The notes: generated by a model not told the origin, from the letters alone. DNA of 31,751 nt from a virus (IMGVR_UViG_3300017911_000998:1-31751); one strand, 5' to 3'; shown: positions 1-9,596, numbered from the stretch's first letter. Program-made: numbers and translations.

Positions 1-3000
1 CGTGTTATCACCAGTGTTTATTCGGTGGAACAACGCGGAGTCAAATCCAATGAAGTTGTTTTTATTTGTCCCGTATGCTTGCATACCATAACCATGCATA
101 CTGGCCCAACAACTGCCAATGACACTATAGCTAATTGTTTTGTAGTCGAGGACATCATCGGTTACTCCGTCCAGTGCAGTAATAATAATACGATCAAAGA
201 CAGGGTCAAAGCCAAGAGCATATCCTTTGTTTATAAATGGACTATAGAAGTCCGTAATGTTAACAGTAAAGTCTTCTCTAAAGAAAGTTCGCATACCCTC
301 ACGGCTAATCTCCTTGAGTTGCTCGCTAAGTAGGAATACGCGTCCGCTATTAGAGTCAATAAAACAATAGCCGGCTTTACACAACATAGCATCTGTATGC
401 TTACGTAAGCCAGCAAAGCCTTCCTCTGTAGGTAACAGTTCATACGGTGCCGTCCTAAATATATCTCCACTACCAACAAACACGACATCCGCAGAGGTTT
501 CAAGAGTTTCTTTACCCCTTGTTTTAAAGATGCCATCTATGTGATGGATGATCAACTCCCCTACATAAGACTCTATATTGACAATTGCACCTTTATTTAA
601 TGCGTTATCGTAGTAGTCTAAAGCAGGAAAGTTTCTCCATTGAAACTCTAAAGACTCGTAGTTCTGCTTGTTAGAGCGTGCAATTCTGTTTTTAAATCGG
701 TATACAGGCTCGTTAATACCAATAGGAAATGCTTTCTTAAACTCATTCTTTTTATAAGAGTGATCCGGGTAGTCATGTAAGTTCATGATTTCCGGAGACC
801 CCTCATAGTCTTCATCCGTACCTCCAGGCTCGTACAGCAGAATTTGATCATTGTTTAACAACAGGGGGTCTGTCATGTCTTCTAAGTGCTGCAGCGCATA
901 CGTGTAAGTAAAGTATGCGCGAACTTGAGGAGCTAGGTACTGATTACCGCTAGCTTCTTGATCCACACCTGTAGTGTCTAATGGATCACCCGGGTCATTA
1001 GGGTTATTGTAGAAAGTAAATCTTCTGTATCTGTTAGGGGCAATAGTGCAGTCACCTCCCCAAGACACTCGGCTCATATAGTTAACAGACACATCCTTTT
1101 GGATGTAGCTGCACTGGACCAGCTCTTGCGTATCAATATTAAAATAGTGATCTGGAGGAGAGTTATCAACTACTGCAGAGAACGCCATCGCATTAGCTAT
1201 TTCTTCTTCTCCTCCCTGGTAATCTAATTGAGTCTGACCTCCATACTCACCAAATCCATCTTGCCCAAAACGAAGATTACTCCCGTCATCGCCTTGGCCT
1301 TTAACAGTTGAAAAATGAGAATGAGGAGAAAGAGGGAATGCTGTCATTTCAAAGCATAATCGATTCTCTCTATGCCGGTTGTTAAAAATGTTTCCGTTTA
1401 TGTTACCCGGCAGATATTCAAAGTCATCTATGTCTGTAGTAGCAGCTGATGTAGAATAAGGATCTGCTACAATTGAACCGTCGTACACAGGATTTAACCT
1501 CTTTGTCTCCAAAGAAGGTTGAGTGTTCATAAGGTAGCTATCGTGACAAACAAAGTAATCTGATGTACCTCCGTCAGTACCATCAAACCCATTACCTGTT
1601 ACGTTGGGAATGTAGGCTAATACATCACGTGTGTTAGCGTTAGGCTTGGCGTAAAACAAGCTGTAGCCTTGTATTACATCTTGCACCTCTACAGGAATGC
1701 TAACGCCTCTAGCAGTAACGCCTACAGTTGTGGGAGCCCACATAACATTATTGTATGGAGTATCTGCAGGATCTCCTGTCCATTGTGATTGGAAGAACGA
1801 GTCGCTCCAAGCTTCGCTAATCTGCTGAACCGACGGCATAACATGCAGGAAGGAACCATTGCCATTAGACTTAGAGCCTAAACGACCGCAATAAAACTCA
1901 TTAGTAGTATACGTACTGCCACTGACCATCGTAGGAAACGCGTCTCCTGTACCATCAGTATCAATAATATCTGGATCAAACTCGTCTACTCCTGGATTTG
2001 AATTATTATTCTGTGCAGGTATGTGATAACCAGGAGTCCATGATCCATCCTTAAGAAGGAAAGCAATGTAAAACGCATAGCTACAGCCTGGCATAAATCC
2101 CATACTCATACCGTAATGGTCTCGCTTTCCTGGAATAATTGCCGTTTCTAAGTCGTCTGCGTTAAATGTCCTGTAACTATCTCCCCAGTTCTGGACTCGA
2201 TAGTTGTCAAGCATAGGGGAATTGACGTGTTTATTGCGACCGTCAATACTCCAGTGCAGTTTGATGTTGTCTACCCACGTCGAAGGGTCAAAGCCATCTG
2301 TACGTGACAGGTTAGCAATGTGTAACCGGTCGTCACTTACTGTCAGAGTTTCTACGGTGTTATACCAACCTTTGGGTATTACCAAATCTTGCGTGGCTAC
2401 AAGATCAGGAAACTTGTTACCCGTCCAGACAAACTCAGGATTTGATGTTATCTGCCTACCGACGTAAAAGGCAGTTTGCGCGTTGTTAAAGTCACGAATG
2501 CAGTAGATACGATAGTAATCGTAGCTTGTATCTAACCCTTCAAACTGCAGGCCTACAGACGTATTAAACGTTCTGTCCTTAGTTCCATATCCAACTTTAA
2601 AAGCTCCGTAGCTTGGAGAGTAGGGTGTAATATTATTTTGATCTATTTCGTACGCAATGAAAAAGGTATAGGCTCCTACGTCAATAGTGCCTACATCTTG
2701 CTGCGCTACAGGTAATGATCTAGCATTAGGAAACTCTACTTCTGGAAAGAGAGGCAGAATAGGATACGCAGGATCATCTATGTTCATATAGACAGCAGGG
2801 TTTACACCATCTGTCCATACAACCATAGTGTCCTCTCTTCCATTCTCGTATCCCACACCTTTAATAGGGCTGTTAGGAGACCAATTAAACTCTCCAGCTG
2901 AAGTAGTCGTTATGAGCCCATAGGTGCCCTCAGATATAATGAGGTAATCGTGAGAGTCGTCACTCTTACGTATGATAGCTAAATGCCTGTCCGTAGGCAA

Positions 3001-3198
3001 AGGAATCATCCCACACAGCTGGTAGTCTGTCAGGGTATTTAAATCGTAATCCCCCTTTGAGCTAAGCTCGTCTAATGCACCTTCTGTCCGCACACTAAAC
3101 GTAGTGTGATCCAGAATCATGTTACGCGCACGTCGATAGCTATCCTGTATCTGATTTACATGCGCGGTATCGCGCTTCATACCACGTGTAAACCTCAT
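1..3198 (-). CDS. crAss-like muzzle / tail stabilisation protein, partial (runs off left edge, >=1066 aa)
   Basis: Absent from the ORF track. I read the frame by hand: ATG at 3198 (ATGA overlap with the upstream stop) and no in-frame stop down to base 1. It translates MRFTRGMKRDTAHVNQIQDSYRRARNMILD..., VWTDGVNPAVYMNID, GFMPGCSYAFYIAFLLKDGSWTPGYHIPA and NKGAIVNI...FVGSGDIF...AGYCFIDSNSGRVFLL. These motifs are typical of crAss-like muzzle proteins, and the gene follows a ring gene as expected. Confidence 0.88.
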   Translation of the reverse strand, partial: MRFTRGMKRDTAHVNQIQDSYRRARNMILDHTTFSVRTEGALDELSSKGDYDLNTLTDYQLCGMIPLPTDRHLAIIRKSDDSHDYLIISEGTYGLITTTSAGEFNWSPNSPIKGVGYENGREDTMVVWTDGVNPAVYMNIDDPAYPILPLFPEVEFPNARSLPVAQQDVGTIDVGAYTFFIAYEIDQNNITPYSPSYGAFKVGYGTKDRTFNTSVGLQFEGLDTSYDYYRIYCIRDFNNAQTAFYVGRQITSNPEFVWTGNKFPDLVATQDLVIPKGWYNTVETLTVSDDRLHIANLSRTDGFDPSTWVDNIKLHWSIDGRNKHVNSPMLDNYRVQNWGDSYRTFNADDLETAIIPGKRDHYGMSMGFMPGCSYAFYIAFLLKDGSWTPGYHIPAQNNNSNPGVDEFDPDIIDTDGTGDAFPTMVSGSTYTTNEFYCGRLGSKSNGNGSFLHVMPSVQQISEAWSDSFFQSQWTGDPADTPYNNVMWAPTTVGVTARGVSIPVEVQDVIQGYSLFYAKPNANTRDVLAYIPNVTGNGFDGTDGGTSDYFVCHDSYLMNTQPSLETKRLNPVYDGSIVADPYSTSAATTDIDDFEYLPGNINGNIFNNRHRENRLCFEMTAFPLSPHSHFSTVKGQGDDGSNLRFGQDGFGEYGGQTQLDYQGGEEEIANAMAFSAVVDNSPPDHYFNIDTQELVQCSYIQKDVSVNYMSRVSWGGDCTIAPNRYRRFTFYNNPNDPGDPLDTTGVDQEASGNQYLAPQVRAYFTYTYALQHLEDMTDPLLLNNDQILLYEPGGTDEDYEGSPEIMNLHDYPDHSYKKNEFKKAFPIGINEPVYRFKNRIARSNKQNYESLEFQWRNFPALDYYDNALNKGAIVNIESYVGELIIHHIDGIFKTRGKETLETSADVVFVGSGDIFRTAPYELLPTEEGFAGLRKHTDAMLCKAGYCFIDSNSGRVFLLSEQLKEISREGMRTFFREDFTVNITDFYSPFINKGYALGFDPVFDRIIITALDGVTDDVLDYKTISYSVIGSCWASMHGYGMQAYGTNKNNFIGFDSALFHRINTGDNT

Positions 3199-3980
3199 CT
3201 ATCTAAACGTTCTTGACTCTCATTCCCAATAAAGAAATCTGAGTGTCGATTGAGATTGGGAACCATTCGGACAAACATGTTTTTCATTGTTTCCATCTTG
3301 TCGATGCTCGGGAACGCCAGATCGTTCTGCGCAGCTACACAGTAGTGTCCCCACTTCTGATCCGCTACCTCCCAATTGAATACAGGATGGACATACCCGC
3401 CCATCATCATTTGCCGAATGATGTACCATTCTAATGCTTGTTTTACGTATATGTTATCAGGCACCTTAGGGTATCCATCCTCATCAGTAGGATACGCGGT
3501 GTAATGTAACTTTACAGTACCGTCTTCAAACGAAGTAACAATCGTACCAGCATTTATCAAATAGTAATCGTCTGTAGCCCTAACACTCTTAGTAAACTTA
3601 AGAGTGAAAGCAGGGCTGCTGTGGTCATCTGTAGGGTTAGACTCAGCTACAGCAACTGTATATACAGATTGAGATGTAGCAGGCTCCGCAGACGTAGTGC
3701 GAGTGTCTGCAGTATAGCCGGAAGTATCTGTACCATAAACCAAGGCTCTACCATCGTACTCTACTTGAATTAATTGATACAAGTCACAGGGTAAAACAGC
3801 TTTATGGTCAGCTATTGTAAGCTCTTTTGATTTATGATCAAAGACGCCATGGAATCCAATAAAATCTAAAGCTTCTCCAATCCATTCTAATGCATCAGAA
3901 GTCCATGACGCATCAGTAGGCTTGAGATCTCGAAAGACCTTTCCTATAACATCTTTAGAAGAAACAAGTAAGTAATTCAT
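3195..3980 (-). CDS. tail ring (tubular) protein, R1-like
   Basis: 261 aa with EWIGEAL..IG, KAVLPCDL, I.TSFEDG.V.L.Y.AYPTDEDGYPKVPDN...ALEWYI; lies immediately upstream of the muzzle gene as in crAss-like tail modules. Confidence 0.8.
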   Translation of the reverse strand: MNYLLVSSKDVIGKVFRDLKPTDASWTSDALEWIGEALDFIGFHGVFDHKSKELTIADHKAVLPCDLYQLIQVEYDGRALVYGTDTSGYTADTRTTSAEPATSQSVYTVAVAESNPTDDHSSPAFTLKFTKSVRATDDYYLINAGTIVTSFEDGTVKLHYTAYPTDEDGYPKVPDNIYVKQALEWYIIRQMMMGGYVHPVFNWEVADQKWGHYCVAAQNDLAFPSIDKMETMKNMFVRMVPNLNRHSDFFIGNESQERLDR

Positions 3981-4438
3981 TATGAATAGTTTGTAGATGC
4001 AAAGGGATCATTCTTTAAGCGTGCTACTAACTGCCGCTTCAAACCATTCTTTCCAGAGGTAGGCCAGAACTTGTATACTGATTTGTTTTTTACAGTACAC
4101 CTTCTCTTTTCCCACGCCCACCTGTAGTAATACTTATCTGTAAAGTAAACAAAGCCCTCTTTGAAACCTTGCTCCTCCCACATTTTCTGAGTTTCCGGCC
4201 AGTTTATAACCTTGTTTTCTGGAGACCGTTCAATCTTTTTAATACGGATAGTTCCAAGCTTAGACCCCATGTTGAACATGTGACCATCCAGTATTTTGCC
4301 TGCTGCTTTCTTGTTGAATAAATCTAATACTGTTTTATATAAAGGATAGGTAATATCTGTATCTGGATTCTTTTTCTTGTATGCCTTATACATATCCTCA
4401 GCTCCTAATCGAGTTTCATTCAATTTCAACTTGCTCAT
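3980..4438 (-). CDS. HU/IHF-like DNA-binding protein (crAss-like tail-module copy)
   Basis: Basic 152 aa with ILDG..FNMGSKLGTIRIKK, INW.ET, Y.F.P motifs; sits between two ring genes, as in crAss-like phages. Confidence 0.75.
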   Translation of the reverse strand: MSKLKLNETRLGAEDMYKAYKKKNPDTDITYPLYKTVLDLFNKKAAGKILDGHMFNMGSKLGTIRIKKIERSPENKVINWPETQKMWEEQGFKEGFVYFTDKYYYRWAWEKRRCTVKNKSVYKFWPTSGKNGLKRQLVARLKNDPFASTNYS

Positions 4439-5048
4439 TGCCCTGTAGTATATCTGCCTGCAATTGATTTATCACAGCTTCTGTAACTCTTTGTACCATA
4501 TCCAATGTAATGGGATACGGAGCATCATGGTTTAAACAACCACCTCCTTGATCGCCAGCCTCTCCTCCAGTTGCCGGGTTCTCACATGCAACTCTAACTT
4601 CAATACACATAGGAGACCCTTCAGTTACGTAGAGGTATCCATCCTTGTAAAAATACTTAGGAGACTTACCAGTAAACTTTCCGCTTAACGCATAAGGTAG
4701 TTGTTCCGGAGTCACGTATTGAAATCCTTCTCCTCCTCCAGGTGTTCCAACATAGTTAAAACCACTCTTCCCTTTTAAGTTAACCGGAGGGCAAACCTTT
4801 TCTTTAGATTTTAAAATCTTACAGGGCAAGGATACCCCGCAAGCTGAAACAGCATCAACCCACTCCATTTCCAGTGTAAGTGTTTGAATAAACGCATCTG
4901 GAATGTTAAAGTTGGTCTGCGCGTCACGGCGTAGGAATAGGGCGCGGAAGTACTCGATTTGGAACTTAATCCGATTAATGAAAACCGGATCAGTATTCTT
5001 TCCTACCGCGCCCGCAATGTTAAATGCAATTTCGTTAAGTGTTGCCAT
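4416..5048 (-). CDS. tail ring protein, R2-like
   Basis: 210 aa, MATLNEIA.NI...I.F.I.Y.RAL, KYFYKDGYLY, ENP, YPI..DMV..V; motifs and synteny fit crAss-like ring proteins. Confidence 0.72.
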   Translation of the reverse strand: MATLNEIAFNIAGAVGKNTDPVFINRIKFQIEYFRALFLRRDAQTNFNIPDAFIQTLTLEMEWVDAVSACGVSLPCKILKSKEKVCPPVNLKGKSGFNYVGTPGGGEGFQYVTPEQLPYALSGKFTGKSPKYFYKDGYLYVTEGSPMCIEVRVACENPATGGEAGDQGGGCLNHDAPYPITLDMVQRVTEAVINQLQADILQGNEQVEIE

Positions 5049-5538
5049 TGTATCTGAGGTCTTGTATCTTCTCTACAGTACGTCCACCGAAGTAGGCACC
5101 AAACGCGAGCATTGCGAGAGATTGAATTAAGTCGACGTAGTGCTTAGGAACATCAAATCCCCAAGAGCTCCACCCGTCTAAAAATGTGAAGAGAAAGATG
5201 GTGCCTAACAAGCTTAACAAGCTTATAGGTCGTACCAGCTTTGTAAGTCTTTCTGATGTAGTGTTGTCGCTTTGCCACCGCAAAGTAGTATTACGCTCTA
5301 CATCCATCTTATACTTAAGCAGCATAGCTTCTAACTCATACTGCTTCTGCTCAGTTAAGATCCGCGCTCCCAAAATGTCTTCAGCCACATCAGCAACAGC
5401 ACCACCCCCAGGGATAGCAGATACAGCCGCAGCAGCAAAACTTCCAAGTGCATTTTTGTTTTCTTTAAACCACTTAACAAGCTTACGTTCACTCCATTCT
5501 TTAGGATTTCCAGCAAATTCAGTTGTAGTATTATTCAT
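5035..5538 (-). CDS. holin-like membrane protein (3TM/GTA-holin-like family)
   Basis: RWQSD...LTKLVRPISLL, hydrophobic helix, YVDLIQSLAMLAFGAYFGGRTVEK; this pattern is characteristic of 3TM holin-like proteins in Bacteroidota phages. Confidence 0.7.
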   Translation of the reverse strand: MNNTTTEFAGNPKEWSERKLVKWFKENKNALGSFAAAAVSAIPGGGAVADVAEDILGARILTEQKQYELEAMLLKYKMDVERNTTLRWQSDNTTSERLTKLVRPISLLSLLGTIFLFTFLDGWSSWGFDVPKHYVDLIQSLAMLAFGAYFGGRTVEKIQDLRYNGNT

Positions 5539-5857
5539 CCTTATTAGTATAAACAGTCATGCGCTGTTGCTTCTTGTCCGGAGTGACAACGTCAATTGTC
5601 AGCTTTATACTATTAGGATCTGCCGGGTTCTCTTGAAGAGTCATGTTAAACTCTGAAAGTTCATAGAAAGTGCTGTCTTTTTCAATAACTGGAGATGTCC
5701 AAGTTACTTGCTGAGGCTCAGTAAAGTTTTTAGGAAGAGTCGTAAACAAGTCATAATCATTATGCTTGTAAGTTGATGACGTTGTTAGGCCTGTACCTAC
5801 GCCACACCCCACGACGAACAGCGCTAAAAACGGAATGAGGTATTTAGTAGGCTTCAT
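5531..5857 (-). CDS. predicted lipoprotein (possible lysis accessory/spanin-like)
   Basis: N-terminus MKPTKYLIPFLALFVVGC reads as a basic, then hydrophobic, then lipobox-Cys signal; adjacent to the holin gene. Function inferred only. Confidence 0.55.
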   Translation of the reverse strand: MKPTKYLIPFLALFVVGCGVGTGLTTSSTYKHNDYDLFTTLPKNFTEPQQVTWTSPVIEKDSTFYELSEFNMTLQENPADPNSIKLTIDVVTPDKKQQRMTVYTNKDE

Positions 5858-6036
5858 TCAAAATCAAATAAATCAGGAATATTTGTGTCGTAAACAATCA
5901 CACTCCGCGTAGACAAGTTGGGCCCATCTGAATTAAAGATGATTACCTCATGAGAGATAGGCTCACCAGGAAGTAATCCTATTGTAGTAAAACATATGCA
6001 GAATCCTAATAAAAAATTTACGGCAAACTCTTTCAT
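5854..6036 (-). CDS. small protein with N-terminal hydrophobic segment
   Basis: 60 aa, MKEFAVNFLLGFCICFTTIGLLPG; ATGA overlaps at both ends indicate translational coupling. Confidence 0.6.
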   Translation of the reverse strand: MKEFAVNFLLGFCICFTTIGLLPGEPISHEVIIFNSDGPNLSTRSVIVYDTNIPDLFDFE

Positions 6037-6188
6037 AATTTAATAGAGAAGTTCATAAGTGTTACTCCTCCCTTTTTGTCTCCAAAGTCATAAAAGATAT
6101 CGTACACAGTTATTCTACCAAGTCTCAACTTTGCTTGATACTTGTCAGATTGTTTGTTAGGATTCTTCCAACCGTTTGTGATATTCAT
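6033..6188 (-). CDS. small hypothetical protein (51 aa, below track cutoff)
   Basis: Hand-translated MNITNGWKNPNKQSDKYQAKLRLGRITVYDIFYDFGDKKGGVTLMNFSIKL; TAATG and ATGA coupling to neighbours. Confidence 0.65.
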   Translation of the reverse strand: MNITNGWKNPNKQSDKYQAKLRLGRITVYDIFYDFGDKKGGVTLMNFSIKL

Positions 6189-6403
6189 TATTCAAATAGT
6201 TTAGTAATTATGTCCATCCAGACATGAACTTTGTCCACGTCGGACATCCAGATTGCTATAACAATTCCCAACAGTCTTGCTAAGAACGTATTGTTTCTAT
6301 CGGGGTTGTTCTTAGGTTTTAGTCCATTATCTATACTCAGTATAAGGTAAGTCTTTTTTGAATTAACTCCTAACCAACTATAATGGACTTTAGACCGCAA
6401 CAT
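6188..6403 (-). CDS. possible small protein; start uncertain
   Basis: Its stop is coupled (TAATG) to the next ORF and it has a short hydrophobic stretch, but the 5' half looks like AT-rich intergenic/promoter sequence. Confidence 0.3.
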   Translation of the reverse strand: MLRSKVHYSWLGVNSKKTYLILSIDNGLKPKNNPDRNNTFLARLLGIVIAIWMSDVDKVHVWMDIITKLFE

Positions 6404-9128
6404 ATGTAGAAGATGGGTTGATATAAGCTAAACCAGGATTGAGAATATAGCCTACTACTCGAATGTATTGACCACTAGTACTAGGTGCTGTAGCCGATAC
6501 TACACCCGTTGTTGTAGTTAGGTATAAAACATCTCCAGCACTAAATGAAATGTAAGCGTTGGACGAGTGAATGCCTTTTACTAGCAGACCATTGGTTGTA
6601 CTACTTGTACCTAAAGCTACACCAACTAACCCTTCAGTTGATGATACAGCTGAAGCATCTGTAGGTCGCCATCCAGAACTTGTATAATTGTACCACTTAA
6701 GAGTTTGAATAGAATCATTACCCCATTTGACAATCTCGCCCTCGTAAGTGCCATTACCATGAGCAGTATTTCGAGTTATTAATTCAACGTTCTGCCCGTT
6801 TAATTCCTGAATAACATCATTGACCTTTAACTCTTGCGATAAACACTCGACTACAAAGTCTAAAGCATAAGTCATTGCTGTTCCCACGTGTCCTGTATTC
6901 TGAGCATATACCTCTACACGATCTCCAGCTGCTAATTCAAAAGTTCGGGTTAAGTTAGATGAGGCAGTTTGTGCATTAGTAGCATTTCTTACGTAAGCAT
7001 GACCTCTGCCTGATTGTTGAACTCCATTTACATAAAAAGACAATGTCGGAGTGGGGCGCTGGTGAACCAGTGACTGAAAGTATCCGTTAACAGTAAAAGT
7101 GTAAAGCCCAGCGCTGCTTACTTCAAATCGATTGTTTGTAGCATCTGCAGTAATCGCTGAACCTACAGTTTGAACAGCATTAAACCCAATGACCTTAACT
7201 AAAGCAGGGTTATTAAAAGTAAACTGATTTGCCCCACCAGCTAAATAGCTACTACCCATTTCCATACGGGCGTAACTATTATTTACTTGGTTGATGCTAG
7301 GCTTATTTTGGATGAAAGCATCTGATGCACTATTAGACTCTGCCCAATTTGCTTGAACATTGACTTCTGCATTGGCTGCAATTCCAGCAAGCTTTGTTTG
7401 TTCCGCATCTGTAAAGGCATTTGTATTTGCCTCTGCTTCATACGCGGCCTTAATCTCAGCACCCGTTTGATCACTTGTGGCTCCGGATTCAATACCTGTG
7501 AGCTTTGTTCTTTCAGCATCGGTGATGATCTGCCCGCTTCCAGCATTTGTTACATCGCTGTGGGTCGTTACCAAGCCGTCGGCACTCACTTTGGCAGTGT
7601 TAGCCGTCACGGCAGCGTTGTTCGACACTTCAGTATCAAAGTCGCTAATTGTAGAAGCCGTTTGCGTACCGGTATGGTTGGCGCGATTGAGCAGCGTAGC
7701 ATCTGTACTGTTCGCTGTAGCTCCTGTTTGGATACCGGAAAGCTTCGTGAACTGAGCATCAGTAAAGGCATTAACCTCTACCTCATACAAAGATTTAATT
7801 TCGGCACCTGTTTGATCCGCTGTAGCTCCATTTTCAATTGAGCTCAGCTTTGTAGTATTTGTCGAGACTGCAGTTGTATTGGCTACACTAGTTTCAAAAT
7901 CTGCTGCTTGAGCAACACCAGTAGAACTTCCTCGCCAAAAAAAGCCGACTTGCAAGTTAGGCACATCGTTGACCCGACCCGCGCCCATAATAATAACAGA
8001 ACCGGCAGAAGAATGTGATCGCTTAACCAACGCTACTTTTTGCACAACCTTAGTATGACCAGAAGGGCGCGTGTTAGTCAATGCGCCCGCAGTAGAATCT
8101 AAGTACAATGCATCCCCAGCACTATAACTACTTGTATCTAAACCAAAGACCGAACCGGAAATTACAACTAATCCTTCATCCCCTGCATTTAAGTCCTCAT
8201 ACAATAAGCCGATTGAAGGATATGTTTGGGCTCCATTATTGTCAGCTAAATCTACAAGAGGTTTACCGCTGGCATGAGTCCCACTTACATATACCGCGTC
8301 TCCTTTAGTAAAGTCAATACTTGTTGAATTTTTTACTTCAATTAGTACCTCGGAATATTCAGGAATCCAATTGCTTCCATCCCAAAATAACACGTGACCT
8401 ATTTCTGGACTAGTGCTTACGGTATCTACATCACCATGTGTATTAATGCTTCCAGAGGCACTAGTAATAGCAGCAATTGCTGTTGCATTAGTTGCAATAT
8501 CTGTATTGTTACTAGAAATAGCAGAAGTATTTGTAGCAATACTAGAAGCATTAGTAGCAATATCTCCAGAGTTTATAGCTATATTATTTGTGTTTGTTGA
8601 TACTGATCCTTGAAGGGTAGTAATATCTGTATCGTTACTTTGAATAGCACTTAAGTTAGATGCAATACCAGTTGCATTAGTATTAATGCTAGCTGCATTC
8701 GTTGCAATATCAGTAGTATTGGTGCTAATATTATTTGTGTTAGTACCAATAGCTGCCGTGTTTGCATTAAGTCCAGAGGTTAAAGAACTATCTGCGTTTG
8801 TACGGTCAGTAACTTCTTGAGCTAAATCTGATATTACTTGTGTTAGACTAGACGTTGTAATCTCTCTCCAATTAGCAGAGTTAGTCCAGTCTACATTGCC
8901 TACGCCTGTACCAACATAAAAATATACTTGACTACCAACTGCAGCTAAAAAATTTGTGTTTCGAAAGTTGATGCTTAAATCATCTCGATTCACTGTACCA
9001 CCGGTAATAGCATCAAAGAATCCAATACCACTAATGTGGTTGTCACCGGCGGAAACAACAGGATCACTAGCTGCTGCATTTTTAATTAATGCAGGCAGCC
9101 CAACAAATACATGATTACTATTACCCAT
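6390..9128 (-). CDS. modular fibre / receptor-binding protein (912 aa)
   Basis: N-terminal anchor; N/I heptad coiled coil (NTAAIGTNTNNISTNTTDIATN); DV...GHVLFWDGSNW fibre motif; two copies of a G.V/LYL...G..T...P beta domain; TKLxGIxxGA repeats; C1q/TNF-like domain (AGLYTFTVN...FYVNG...ELAAGDRVEV). Confidence 0.8.
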   Translation of the reverse strand: MGNSNHVFVGLPALIKNAAASDPVVSAGDNHISGIGFFDAITGGTVNRDDLSINFRNTNFLAAVGSQVYFYVGTGVGNVDWTNSANWREITTSSLTQVISDLAQEVTDRTNADSSLTSGLNANTAAIGTNTNNISTNTTDIATNAASINTNATGIASNLSAIQSNDTDITTLQGSVSTNTNNIAINSGDIATNASSIATNTSAISSNNTDIATNATAIAAITSASGSINTHGDVDTVSTSPEIGHVLFWDGSNWIPEYSEVLIEVKNSTSIDFTKGDAVYVSGTHASGKPLVDLADNNGAQTYPSIGLLYEDLNAGDEGLVVISGSVFGLDTSSYSAGDALYLDSTAGALTNTRPSGHTKVVQKVALVKRSHSSAGSVIIMGAGRVNDVPNLQVGFFWRGSSTGVAQAADFETSVANTTAVSTNTTKLSSIENGATADQTGAEIKSLYEVEVNAFTDAQFTKLSGIQTGATANSTDATLLNRANHTGTQTASTISDFDTEVSNNAAVTANTAKVSADGLVTTHSDVTNAGSGQIITDAERTKLTGIESGATSDQTGAEIKAAYEAEANTNAFTDAEQTKLAGIAANAEVNVQANWAESNSASDAFIQNKPSINQVNNSYARMEMGSSYLAGGANQFTFNNPALVKVIGFNAVQTVGSAITADATNNRFEVSSAGLYTFTVNGYFQSLVHQRPTPTLSFYVNGVQQSGRGHAYVRNATNAQTASSNLTRTFELAAGDRVEVYAQNTGHVGTAMTYALDFVVECLSQELKVNDVIQELNGQNVELITRNTAHGNGTYEGEIVKWGNDSIQTLKWYNYTSSGWRPTDASAVSSTEGLVGVALGTSSTTNGLLVKGIHSSNAYISFSAGDVLYLTTTTGVVSATAPSTSGQYIRVVGYILNPGLAYINPSSTYVAV

Positions 9129-9139
9129 TGTACAATATG

Positions 9140-9547
9140 TTATTCAAGCTCGTTAGGAAGCCAGCCTGCTGCGTCAGCTTCGGATTCAGTAAGTTGTGTA
9201 GAGGAGGAAGGGATAAAAGTGCTAAAGGCTACTGAGCCCCCACGATTGGCGTTGATGTAGGCTACAAGCTGATCCTTTTCGGCCTGCGGTACTTCAGGCA
9301 TCAAGGAAATCATAACGGTCATGTCTACATCAGGATGGATACGAACCTGCTCTTCGGTATCCCCTACAATCGCCACTTGTCCTGTTTCGGGGTGGGTGAT
9401 GGTGGGGTAGTAGTAGCGTGTAATGTCGTTAGCAGACTTTACCGAGTCTGGGCGACGAAGGCTCCACACTTCGGCGTTGATGGCTTTCGCCCGCTCTTCG
9501 CTTGTCATATCAGCAGTTGGTTCTACTGGGAGGTAAACTGTTGCCAT
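9140..9547 (-). CDS. hypothetical protein, possible fibre chaperone/partner
   Basis: 135-aa ORF with an A-rich leader, directly after the repeat-bearing fibre and similarly GC-richer than the backbone. Confidence 0.65.
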   Translation of the reverse strand: MATVYLPVEPTADMTSEERAKAINAEVWSLRRPDSVKSANDITRYYYPTITHPETGQVAIVGDTEEQVRIHPDVDMTVMISLMPEVPQAEKDQLVAYINANRGGSVAFSTFIPSSSTQLTESEADAAGWLPNELE

Positions 9548-9596
9548 AGTTAAAGTTTATGTTGTTTGATGGTTTGTACTGGAAGGTATACGGTGC

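Noticed and set aside
25-2467. Short track ORFs 25-333, 231-536 and 2204-2467
   Set aside because: Shadows of the long muzzle reading frame.
8440-8790. CRISPR-like or tandem DNA repeats in the periodic AT-rich stretch (also ~13170-13460)
   Set aside because: The periodicity reflects Asn/Ile/Thr heptad coiled-coil codons; there are no identical repeats with unique spacers.
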